From IMG/VR virus record IMGVR_UViG_3300036790_000223: a stretch of 35,464 bases of DNA. One strand, given 5' to 3'. A program made the position numbers and the translations under genes. This document shows positions 16,151 to 25,100 of the stretch, one piece after another. Numbering within the stretch: the first letter of the stretch is position 1; every line of letters begins with the position of its first letter. Below the pieces are notes generated by a model. It had not been told where the DNA came from, searched no databases, and saw nothing but the letters and a program-made list of their open reading frames with translations. The DNA is from a virus (lineage: Duplodnaviria; Heunggongvirae; Uroviricota; Caudoviricetes).

Positions 16151-17431
16151 GTGCCACAGCCAGCAGTGCCCACCGCCGTGTTCCCCGTCTCCGAGCGGTT
16201 TGTCGGGATTGCACGGGAGACCACGTACGGCACGGCAGTCAGCCCCACCGTGACCATCCCGATGACCAACTTTGCCCCATCCGACAAGCCCGTCTGGGTG
16301 ATGGACGAGGCATGGCGCGGGTCGATGTCGGGTGAGTACGACATGATCCAGGGTCCGCTGTGGGCAGAGACCAGCTTTGGCGGCCCGGTGTACGGCGACA
16401 CCATCGGCCACATGCTCTACAACATCCTGGGCGACTACACCCAGTCGGCTGCCTCCACCACCCCGACCGCCACGCTGAATGCGATTGGCACGGCGGGGGC
16501 GTCTACCTTGACGGTGGTCTCCGGCGGGGCGAGCTTCACCACTGGCATGTTCATCCAGGTGTTCCAGGCTGGATCCACCGGCCCGGCCGAGATTGTGCAG
16601 GTCACCTCAGGCTCGACCGGCACCACCATCGCGCTGTCAGCTGCGACCCCGCTGCGGTTCCAGCATTCCAGTGCTGCTGTGGTGCAGAACACCACCGTCG
16701 CCGCAGGCACCTACACCAACACCTTCACGGTGCTGAACAGCAACGACGGTGCCAACAACGGCCAGCCACCCAGCCACACCTTCACCGACCGGACCCAGGT
16801 GCCCGGGGCGGCGGGTAACTGGGCAGCACAGTATGCGTTCGGCTGCGTCTCCCAGATGACCCTCACCGGCTCAGCGCAGGGGATCTTCACCCACGCGGGC
16901 AACATGACCAGCTATGTCTACTCAACCGCGAGCGCCATCCCGGCGCTGGCGGTCTCCAGCGTGCGGGCCACGCCTAACTGGCGCTCCACCATTGCCCTGG
17001 CAGGCACGCTGCCGACCTTCCAGGTCAATGACATCGCGGAGTGGGAGTTCCAGCTCAACCGGGTGGTGCAGCCGATCCCGACCACGGATGGCTTCCAGAA
17101 CCCCTACACCATCGCCCGGGGCAAGTTCACCGCCACCGCCAAGCTGACCTTCATGCCTTCGGTGGATGAGAGTGCGCTGAACTACATGCTGAACAACACC
17201 CAGCCGCAGCTGCAGATCACCTACAGTAACGGCCTAGCCGGAGCTAGCAACATCACCTACAACATCAACGTGCTGCTTGGCGCGTTCGACACCGCCAACA
17301 TCAACGAAGCCAGTGCGCTGTTTGGCTACGACGTAACCGCCAAGCTGATCGCTAACACCTCCAACGTGGGCTGGTCGGGGGGGTACTCTCCAATCAGCGT
17401 CAGCGTCGCTAACGGCGTGCCCGTCTATTAA
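16151..17431 (+). CDS. major tail tube protein with inserted beta domain
   Basis: Start moved to GTG 16151 after GGAGG. N-terminal VGIARETTYGTAVSPTVTIP motif typical of siphophage tail tube proteins. It precedes the chaperone gene. Confidence 0.82.
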   Translation: MPQPAVPTAVFPVSERFVGIARETTYGTAVSPTVTIPMTNFAPSDKPVWVMDEAWRGSMSGEYDMIQGPLWAETSFGGPVYGDTIGHMLYNILGDYTQSAASTTPTATLNAIGTAGASTLTVVSGGASFTTGMFIQVFQAGSTGPAEIVQVTSGSTGTTIALSAATPLRFQHSSAAVVQNTTVAAGTYTNTFTVLNSNDGANNGQPPSHTFTDRTQVPGAAGNWAAQYAFGCVSQMTLTGSAQGIFTHAGNMTSYVYSTASAIPALAVSSVRATPNWRSTIALAGTLPTFQVNDIAEWEFQLNRVVQPIPTTDGFQNPYTIARGKFTATAKLTFMPSVDESALNYMLNNTQPQLQITYSNGLAGASNITYNINVLLGAFDTANINEASALFGYDVTAKLIANTSNVGWSGGYSPISVSVANGVPVY

Positions 17432-17461
17432 ACCCAATCACTAGAGCCTGGGGGGCTTGCA

Positions 17462-17896
17462 GTGAAGCTAGAGACCCAAAGTGGTCAGTGGATCGAGATG
17501 AAAGACATCGGCCAGCTGACCGCAGGCGACAAGCTAGCCATGCGCGGAGCGGTGCGGCTGCCACTCGGTGGCGACGCCGAGCGGCCCACCACCGTGTTCT
17601 CCTTTGGGGACATGGACTTTCAGATTTACGTGGTGGCGGCTCGGGTGATCATGGCCTGGAGCTACCCTTACACCCTGCCGAAGCAAGACCCCTCCCGTGA
17701 CGAACACGACTCTCCCGCCTACGAGGAGAGCCTCAAGCTGTTGCCGATTGACGACTGGAACGAGCTGGAGGGTGCGCTCGTCCCCTACAAGGCCAAGCTG
17801 GACCAAGACCCAAAAGCAGCCCGGACGACTTCTACTACCTCAAGGCATTCCTCGAAGGCAAAGGCCGCCGCCTCCCCGATAACCTCAGCGAACTGA
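17462..17896 (+). CDS. tail assembly chaperone, short form (lambda G-like)
   Basis: Follows the tail tube gene. WSYPYTLP...LKLLPIDDWNELE pattern. Contains a slippery heptamer near its 3' end. Confidence 0.75.
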   Translation: MKLETQSGQWIEMKDIGQLTAGDKLAMRGAVRLPLGGDAERPTTVFSFGDMDFQIYVVAARVIMAWSYPYTLPKQDPSRDEHDSPAYEESLKLLPIDDWNELEGALVPYKAKLDQDPKAARTTSTTSRHSSKAKAAASPITSAN

Positions 17897-18027
17897 CGCT
17901 GAAGAAGATCCTTTACCTGATTAAGTTCCAGCTCCACCCCGACCAGGCGGAAGCACTGCCACTCGATGTTGATGCGTGGCTGCTGCCGGTGGCGCTGACC
18001 ATTCAAAGGATCGAGAATGGCAATTAG
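17809..18027 (+). other. programmed -1 frameshift site and extension giving the long chaperone (G-T-like)
   Basis: C CCA AAA at 17809-17815 fits X XXY YYZ. The -1 frame is open for about 70 codons with no start of its own (SSPDDFYYLKAFLEG...FQLHPDQAEALPLDVDAWLLPVALTIQRIENGN) to TAG 18025-18027. Confidence 0.8.
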
Positions 18028-18532
18028 CCCCGAGGAGCTGCCGGACTACCTGTCCAAGCTCACCCGCCGGGTGAACGACCCGGCTGGACGCGCAGCAGCC
18101 GACGCGATGATCTCTGCGTTCGACTCTGGCATCAAGCGAGAAGAGCTGACCCGCACCGTGGGGCACCCGTCGATACCGGGGCAGCCTCCGGCCCTGGAGA
18201 GCGGACGGCTGCGGGCTAGCTTCAGGGTGCACAGGGCTCGCCCGGTGGGTGCTTACCGCTGGATGGGCAGCGACGGCCCCACCACGGTGTACGCCCGCAT
18301 CCAGGAGTACGGTGGGGACATCTGGGCTAAGCACACCTATGTGGACAAAAGGACCGGCCGTACCATGCCGGGGTTCTTGCGCTGGGAGGGTCCAGGCGGG
18401 GTCCACTTTGCACGTCACGTGCACCTGCCCGAGCGCAGCTACATGCGTACGGGTATCAAACGCATGCGCGCCGATGGCACCCTGCACAGGGCTGCCATCG
18501 GCGCTTTTTCTCGTGAGATGGGCTTCCTCTAA
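18017..18532 (+). CDS. HK97 gp10-like tail/neck component
   Basis: HPS.PGQPP...SGRLRAS...GPTTVYARIQEYGG...LRW...V.LPERSYMR pattern. Confidence 0.68.
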   Translation: MAISPEELPDYLSKLTRRVNDPAGRAAADAMISAFDSGIKREELTRTVGHPSIPGQPPALESGRLRASFRVHRARPVGAYRWMGSDGPTTVYARIQEYGGDIWAKHTYVDKRTGRTMPGFLRWEGPGGVHFARHVHLPERSYMRTGIKRMRADGTLHRAAIGAFSREMGFL

Positions 18533-18534
18533 AG

Positions 18535-18699
18535 GTGGTGGACCTGCGCGAGAAGCCGTGGCGCACTGGCCGCAAAGTTGGCCGCACCATCTACGCCCAG
18601 CTTGGCCCTGAGCCAGCAGACGGCGACCCGCTCATCGGGGTGATGGACACGCCAGAGCTGGCGGCTGCCGCTGTAGCTGCCCACAACGGTGGCCTCTAG
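18535..18699 (+). CDS. 54-aa hypothetical protein (not in ORF track)
   Basis: Translation MVDLREKPWRTGRKVGRTIYAQLGPEPADGDPLIGVMDTPELAAAAVAAHNGGL. I recall the WRTGRKVGRTIY...IG.MDTPELA motif from actinophage small proteins. Confidence 0.6.
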   Translation: MVDLREKPWRTGRKVGRTIYAQLGPEPADGDPLIGVMDTPELAAAAVAAHNGGL

Positions 18700-18713
18700 C
18701 GGCCCCGTCTTGC

Positions 18714-18884
18714 TCACCTGCCTACCACCTTTCCGGTACCCAGGCAGTAGGTGCAGTTCCGCTTGCGCGACTTGCCCCAGCTGTCTTTGTCGGTGATCTT
18801 CTTTTCGCCCCGGCACACCGGGCAGGTCCGCACGGCCTTTTGCATGGCCTTGCGCAGGCGGATGGCCTTACGTGGGTTCGGCAT
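18714..18884 (-). CDS. 56-aa basic DnaJ-type zinc-finger mini-protein (not in ORF track)
   Basis: ATG after GGAG. Translation MPNPRKAIRLRKAMQKAVRTCPVCRGEKKITDKDSWGKSRKRNCTYCLGTGKVVGR. Confidence 0.68.
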   Translation of the reverse strand: MPNPRKAIRLRKAMQKAVRTCPVCRGEKKITDKDSWGKSRKRNCTYCLGTGKVVGR

Positions 18885-18886
18885 TT

Positions 18887-19294
18887 TCAGTACAGCTCCA
18901 GGTCTTTAGTTACCAGGTCGATCCGGTCGTCGTAATCGGGGCCGATGGCCAGTGCTGTGTCTGTGGCCTGGCCACCGAACTCGGTCAGCCCGGCATCGGT
19001 GATCAGGTGCACGGTCAGCCCGGCTGCCTTAGCGGCCTCGTAGACCTCCAGCAACCCGGCTTCTGAGTCCACCTGGCACACCACCTTGCGGAAGCTGCCC
19101 GCCAGCCAGGCGCGCTCGACAGCGGTGAGCGGCAGCGGAATGTGCTCCCAGGGCTCGGCATGCTCCGGGTCGATAACCTCGCGGAGCCTGGCCCCGATAA
19201 AGGCCATGGACGCATGGGCGCCCTGGGCGATTTCCTTGCCGCGCCGCATCTTGAGGTCCTTGCGGATCACGATCACCTGCTTGGTGCTGCTCAT
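18887..19294 (-). CDS. pth2: peptidyl-tRNA hydrolase, Pth2 family
   Basis: True start is ATG 19294. KQVIVIRKDLKMRRGKEIAQGAHA...W...FRKVV...LITDAGLTE...T.LAIGP...ID.VT..L.LY is the full Pth2 signature. Confidence 0.92.
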   Translation of the reverse strand: MSSTKQVIVIRKDLKMRRGKEIAQGAHASMAFIGARLREVIDPEHAEPWEHIPLPLTAVERAWLAGSFRKVVCQVDSEAGLLEVYEAAKAAGLTVHLITDAGLTEFGGQATDTALAIGPDYDDRIDLVTKDLELY

Positions 19295-19413
19295 TTGCCC
19301 GGCACCCCGGTGGCGTCGTCCATGGTGGCCCAGAACGCCGCCCACAGTGCCTGGAAGCAGCGCGAGCACACCCTGAGCAGGGGCGACACTGCCGCCCCGC
19401 AGTTGCACTTCAT
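19291..19413 (-). CDS. 40-aa Cys-rich mini-protein (not in ORF track)
   Basis: RBS AGGAGG. Translation MKCNCGAAVSPLLRVCSRCFQALWAAFWATMDDATGVPGK. ATGA overlaps at both ends. Confidence 0.6.
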   Translation of the reverse strand: MKCNCGAAVSPLLRVCSRCFQALWAAFWATMDDATGVPGK

Positions 19414-19628
19414 AGCTCCTCCTGCTGCTTGTACCAGCGCTCCCGGCCACACGTGCCACAGATGGTGATGTGGGCGGCCACAAACCCGCCCTGCTCGTCA
19501 TGCCGGACGTCGAGCCCGGCATCGAGCCAGGGGCCATGGCGGCGCTGCTTTTTGAACAGGTCCCTGCGGCTACCGCAGGACACCTGCTGGACCGGGGGCT
19601 CCCATGCCTCCGGCTGTAGCGGCTGCAT
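19410..19628 (-). CDS. 72-aa hypothetical protein with CxxC
   Basis: RBS GAGGAG. Contains C...H...CGTCG. ATGA overlap with the next gene. Confidence 0.62.
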   Translation of the reverse strand: MQPLQPEAWEPPVQQVSCGSRRDLFKKQRRHGPWLDAGLDVRHDEQGGFVAAHITICGTCGRERWYKQQEEL

Positions 19629-19643
19629 GGGTGCTCCTCTGCG

Positions 19644-19883
19644 TTAGATCCAAGCCTTGACGATGGACTCCCAGGCCCAGCCACCCTTGCCGAAGGCGGT
19701 GCGACTGTGCCGGGGGGCACTGTGGCCGAACAAGCGGCCGATGCCACGCGCTACCAATGCAACCAGCGCGATCAGCGCGACCACAAACCCGACCGTGACG
19801 ATGATGGCGACCTTGACGGCCTGCCAGAGCGCCCAGATGGCGACAAAGACCAGGCCGAAGGGGCCGAAGTAGAAAATCCTCAT
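19644..19883 (-). CDS. 79-aa membrane protein, first gene of the antisense island
   Basis: RBS AAAGGA. Long hydrophobic stretch FGLVFVAIWALWQAVKVAIIVTVGFVVALIALVALV. Confidence 0.68.
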   Translation of the reverse strand: MRIFYFGPFGLVFVAIWALWQAVKVAIIVTVGFVVALIALVALVARGIGRLFGHSAPRHSRTAFGKGGWAWESIVKAWI

Positions 19884-19976
19884 TGTCCTTTTCCGTTCCT
19901 TGTGGGGTAGATCTTACCCCTACACATATGTAAACGGGTTAAGGGCACCTTTTATTTCCCTTGAGAGGAGGCGGAC

Positions 19977-22160
19977 ATGGCTGATCTCGATCCGGTGACC
20001 CAGAAGTTCATCGCTGACGTCTCTGACTACATCCGTCACCTCCAGGAGGCCACCGACGAGACTCGTCACTTTGCCGAGCAGGTCCAGGAGGCCACCCGCG
20101 ACCTGCTGGCTATGGCCGCCGCAGCTGATGTTGCCGCTAAGGAGATCGACAAGCTGCGCGGCAAGATGAACGACGCCAACCTGACCGACGCTAAGACCGC
20201 CGATGAACTGGCCCAGGTCCGCACCCGGCTGGATGAGGTTAAGGGTGCCGGGGACCAGGTGCACGGTTCTACCACCCGCGTCACCGAGGACATCAAGGCG
20301 GCCGGGGACCAAGCCAGCAAGCTGCACGAGAAGCTGAAGACCGCCACAGAGGACATGCGCCACACTTCCGAAGCCACCGACCGCGCCACCGAGCGGTTCA
20401 GCCACTTCCGGGAGATGGTGGGCTCGGTGGTGGAGCGCATCGGCACGATGCACACCGCCATTGTTGGCTTCTTTACCCACACAGACGAGGAGGCTCAGAA
20501 GGCCGAAGGCTCCAGCGGAGTGGGCGGGTTCTTCTCCAACTTTGGCCGTGGCGGTAAGTTCTGGCAGTCCATTGTGGGGTTCGTCGGGGAGTCCGAAGAG
20601 GGCGAAGCCTCACTGTCGGCCTTGACGGGGTCGCTGGGTGCGTTTGGCGCTGGGGCTCTGGTGATAGCTCCGGCCATCATCGGACTGGTCACCTGGGTTG
20701 GTGCGCTCGCTACTGGGTTCCTGGCGGCGGGGGCAGGCATCGGTGCCTTTGCGCTGCTGGCTAAGCCAGCCTTTGAGAAAGTCACCAAGGCCCTAGGTGA
20801 CAACCGCAAAGAGCTGGCCAAGCTGGACCCGGCAGAGCGCGGTGCGGTGCTAGGCATCCGCCATCTCAAGGATGCCTATGAGGCCATGTCCAAGGCGTTT
20901 GAGCCGGACGCCTTCAAGGTCCTCAATGACGGCCTCAAGATCGCCAACGAGCTGCTGCCGCAGATCAAGCCGTTTGCCGATACCGCTGCCACCGCCCTGG
21001 ACAAGGTCCTCAAGCAGCTGGACAAGTTCTTTGCCCCACGGCCGAAGGCTCCCGACCTGCCCCAGGGCATCCTGAAGGGCAACAAGATCGAAGCCCCGCC
21101 GCTGACCGGCTGGCAGGAGTTCGCTAAGTTCCTGCACACGCTGGAGGGGCCGTCGATCCAGGCGATAGCCAGGGGCATCGGCCGGGTAGCCGGAGCAGTG
21201 GCCCAGCTGATGGAGTCCTTCTCCAAAAAGGACGTCATCCACGCCATCAATATCCTGTTCGACATCTTGGCTGGCGTCATCAACCGCACCGCGTACGCCA
21301 TCCGCAACGTGATGAACATGTGGGACGACCTGAGTGCGGCCTTTAAGAACACTAAGCAGTGGATCAGCGACGCCCTCGCCTGGATTAAGAAGCTGGGCTC
21401 TGAATCCAAGCAGCAGATCGAGCAGGCGGCGCACAGCATCGAGCACCAGTGGGACAACCTGTGGTCGTTCACCGTGAAGGAATGGCGGCTGATCGGTGAG
21501 GCTATCGAGGCTGCGTGGCGGTTCATCTCGACCGTGGCCAACGCAGGCATGAACCACGTCGGTGCGATCATGATCAGCTTTGGGCACCGGGTCGAGGCCA
21601 TCTGGGACGCCGCCTGGAACGCCGTGGTCCGGGTTGCCCGGTCGGTCCCGGGCCGGATTGTTGCTGCGCTTGCTGCTTTGCCGGGGATGCTGTTTGGCGC
21701 TGGGGCACGGGCCATCGAGTCCCTGGCCCGGGGCATGCTGTCGGCTATTGGCTCGGTGATCTCTGCTGCCTCGGGCATCGCGTCAAAGATTGCCGGGTTC
21801 TTTGGCCTGTCGCCTGCTAAGTGGGGCGAGCTGTCGGGCTCGGGGGCACCAGAGGTCCGGGGGCGCCACTTTGCGCAGGACATGGCCCGGGGCATCTTGC
21901 AGGGTGCTCCGCAGGTGCACGCGGCGGTCAACTCCCTGGCTGGGGTGATGGGTGGCCGCACCAGCACGCTGGCGCTCGCCACGACCCAGATCGCACCGCA
22001 GCTGCACGTTCAGGTGCCCATTGCGATGGCTCCGGGCATGGGCTCGCTGACCAGCCCCCAGTTCCTGCAGGGGATTCAGCCGGTCGTCCAGGAGGCTATT
22101 CTTCGTTACGTTCAGCTCAACCAGGGCAACGGATTGTTTGCGTACGGGAGGCGCTCGTGA
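19977..22160 (+). CDS. tape measure protein
   Basis: RBS GAGGAGG. 727 aa: Ala-rich helical N-terminus, hydrophobic middle, W/F-periodic repeats, and C-terminal FFGLSPAKWGELSG motif as in actinophage tape measures. Confidence 0.9.
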   Translation: MADLDPVTQKFIADVSDYIRHLQEATDETRHFAEQVQEATRDLLAMAAAADVAAKEIDKLRGKMNDANLTDAKTADELAQVRTRLDEVKGAGDQVHGSTTRVTEDIKAAGDQASKLHEKLKTATEDMRHTSEATDRATERFSHFREMVGSVVERIGTMHTAIVGFFTHTDEEAQKAEGSSGVGGFFSNFGRGGKFWQSIVGFVGESEEGEASLSALTGSLGAFGAGALVIAPAIIGLVTWVGALATGFLAAGAGIGAFALLAKPAFEKVTKALGDNRKELAKLDPAERGAVLGIRHLKDAYEAMSKAFEPDAFKVLNDGLKIANELLPQIKPFADTAATALDKVLKQLDKFFAPRPKAPDLPQGILKGNKIEAPPLTGWQEFAKFLHTLEGPSIQAIARGIGRVAGAVAQLMESFSKKDVIHAINILFDILAGVINRTAYAIRNVMNMWDDLSAAFKNTKQWISDALAWIKKLGSESKQQIEQAAHSIEHQWDNLWSFTVKEWRLIGEAIEAAWRFISTVANAGMNHVGAIMISFGHRVEAIWDAAWNAVVRVARSVPGRIVAALAALPGMLFGAGARAIESLARGMLSAIGSVISAASGIASKIAGFFGLSPAKWGELSGSGAPEVRGRHFAQDMARGILQGAPQVHAAVNSLAGVMGGRTSTLALATTQIAPQLHVQVPIAMAPGMGSLTSPQFLQGIQPVVQEAILRYVQLNQGNGLFAYGRRS

Positions 22161-25100
22161 CCACAGCGATGACGGTTACCGCCACCGCTGGAGGAGCAGG
22201 GGCCACCCCCGGCATGGTGATGCGGGTCATCGTGTTGCGCAACCCGAACGCCTCGCCGCTGGGAGCCACCGCCACCCAGAGCGCAGCTGCAGCGCACGAG
22301 GTGAACCTGACCACCACGGTCACCCGCTCCATCACCCTGGGAGCGTGCACCAACGGCACCAACTCCACCATGGCTGCGGTGGGCCAGACCGCCTTCTACG
22401 ACAACGTGGTCGACAACACCAACATCTGTGCCTACGGCACGTTTACCGGCGGAGTCACCTCCACCACTTCCACCGAGCTGCTGGGGACGAACGGCTCGTT
22501 TCAGGGTGGGTGTGCGGCAGCGGAGTTCAAGCCACTGTCGGGCGACTTTCTGTATCAGGACTCCTCCGCCCCGCCGTCTAAGTCCACCACCAGCGCCACC
22601 GCGCTGACCACGGCCAGCTTCAGCCCGCCTGCGGGGAGCCTGCTGGTGTGCCTGGTGTCGGCTAACGGCTCGTTTGGCAACGCGGTGTCGATGGCCATCA
22701 CCGACAGTCAGTCGCTGAGCTGGACCGCCGCTGCCCAGGCCGACGCGGTTACCATGTGCTACGCCGGGGTGTTCTACGCGGTGGTTCCGGCGGTGGGCAC
22801 CCCCTACGCCCTGGGCCACACCACCTCCACCAGCTCCACCAACCAGGTCTCGCTGACGGTCAGCGCCACCTCCGGGCTGGGCGACGCGATCATTGTCGGC
22901 ATCAGTGAGGCCGTGACCGCCAACGCTATCGCCGGGGTGAACGACAGCCAGGGCAACACCTACCTGCCGGTCGCCACGCAGACCTCCACGGGCGTGCGGG
23001 CGGCTATGTGGGTGGCGCTGAATTGCGCGGTGCTCACCAACGGCACCGGGGTGATCGTGGTCACCTTTGGGGCAGCGGCAGCCACCGCGAAGGGCATCGC
23101 TGCGTTCGGCTGTAAGGGGGTTGCTAACGCAGCTGCCGTGGACGCCATCCCCACGCCTACCACGGGCACCTCCACCTCCCCCTCGATCACCTCAGGGACC
23201 CTGGTGCAGGCACCTGAGGTGGTCATCGCCCTGGAGGCGAACGTCGCGGCGGGCGGTGCCATCACCTGGTCTGGGTCACCCGGGGCGACCATCGCCGGGT
23301 TCCAGGCGGGCAGCGGGCAGTTCACCTCGATGGCGGGCTTCGCGGCGGCAGCGGTCACCTCCACCGCCTACCACGGCACCATCACCTCGTCGGCGTGGGC
23401 GATGGTGATGGTGTCGCTCACCCCGGTGCCCATCGAGACCCAGTTCACCATGGTGCCGACCTACATCTACCCGTTCGGCGCCGGGGCGACCGCCTGGAAC
23501 ACCCTGATTGGTGGCGCTCCTACCACAGGTTTGATGATCGCCAACGTCAACTCTGGACCGGGCGTGATTGTCGACGCCAACTACGCCGTGGTGATCCCCG
23601 CCGCCATCAACGCTGGCATCACGCTGTGTGGTTACGTGTTCACCAGCTTTGGTAACCGGCCCGTCTCCGCTATCGAAGCCGACATCGACACCTGGTTTAC
23701 GCTGTATGGCGTCAGGAGCATCTTCTTTGACGAGGTCAACGGTGCGGCGTCGTTCGACACCTACTACACCACCATTGTGGACTACGTGCACGGGGCCAGT
23801 GCCGGGTCGGTGGTGGTGCTCAACCCGGGTGTGGTGCCCGATGAGACATTCTTCACCAGTGTGATCTCCGCGCAGGACAAGATCATTGTCTGCGAGAACA
23901 CCCAGGCGGGATTCCCCGGTGACATCGCCGCAGCACCGTCGTGGCTGCTGACAACCCCCGCCAGCCAGATCTGCGTCACCATCAACACCTGCTCGTCGCC
24001 GTCCGACATGGTGTCGGACATTAACGCAGCGCGTAACTTCTTTAACGCGCAGTATGTCTACATCACCTACGACATCTTGTACGGGGTGCTGCCTAGCTAC
24101 TACTCCACCGAGGTGGCCTACCTGGCCTCAGGGGCTCCGGCCTTTGGCGGCACCTCCCCCGCAGTCGGGGTGACGCTAGCCGGGCACAACGGCCACGGCA
24201 CTCAGGTCGGGTTCGTGGTGCCGTCGCCTCCGCAGTACCCGCTGCAGGTCGGCGTGACCAACGTAGCCGGGGACTGGATGGTGGCGGTGATTGGCCTCCG
24301 CCAGGATCAGGGCTGGTGGAGCGGTGCCACCACCGGCACGCCCAGCGCGAACAACTACTTCACCCTGTCTACCGGTTCGTCGGTCTACGCCACGATCCAG
24401 GTCGCCCAGACCTTTACCGACGTGCTCAACCCGGGGCAGGTCTTCACGGTGGCCTCCATCGGCCCAGCGGCGGCCGGGCAGGCGAACATCTACTTCACCC
24501 CGGATGCGGGGGTCGCCATGACCAGCGACACCGTGACCCAGACCGGCACCACGGTGACCGTGGCTGACGACGCCCATAACTGGTGGTTCCCGGTCGGGGC
24601 GCCGACCATCACCACCACCGCCGCCGGGGTGACCCGTACTACCATCTGGGCAGCTCCAGCTGCCCGGGCTGCTACCTACGTGTCCGTCGTGCCGACCGAC
24701 TCCTACATGGCCCTCGGCGCGGTGATCTACGACGTCTCGGGGATCTCCCCCTTCGCGGCGGTAGGACCGGTGTTCAGCCTCGGGCAGTCGTCCCCGGCGC
24801 TAAGCCTCAGCGTGCCGCTGGGCGCCCCGCCAGACGGCCAGGCCATCATCATCACCGGGTCCACCTCCGACTCGGTTTCTAACATTCCCACCCTGGCTGA
24901 TGGTGGCTGGCTGAACCAGGTAGCCCAGCTGGCCGACAACGGCGTTGATGCGACCTCCGACCTTGTGGTGTACGGGGCAACCCAGGTCACCACCGGAGCC
25001 ACCAACGCCTCCTGGGCGACTACGGCTGCCGTGGACTGGTCGGGTGCGTCGGTGGCGATCTACGTCTCCGGCTCCAGTCCGGTGATCAGCGGCAACCCTA

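Noticed and set aside
18887-19747. 286-aa ORF suggesting a Pth2 fusion protein
   Set aside because: The N-terminal 150 aa are out-of-frame read-through of three genuine small genes. Pth2 has its own ATG at 19294 coupled to the upstream stop.
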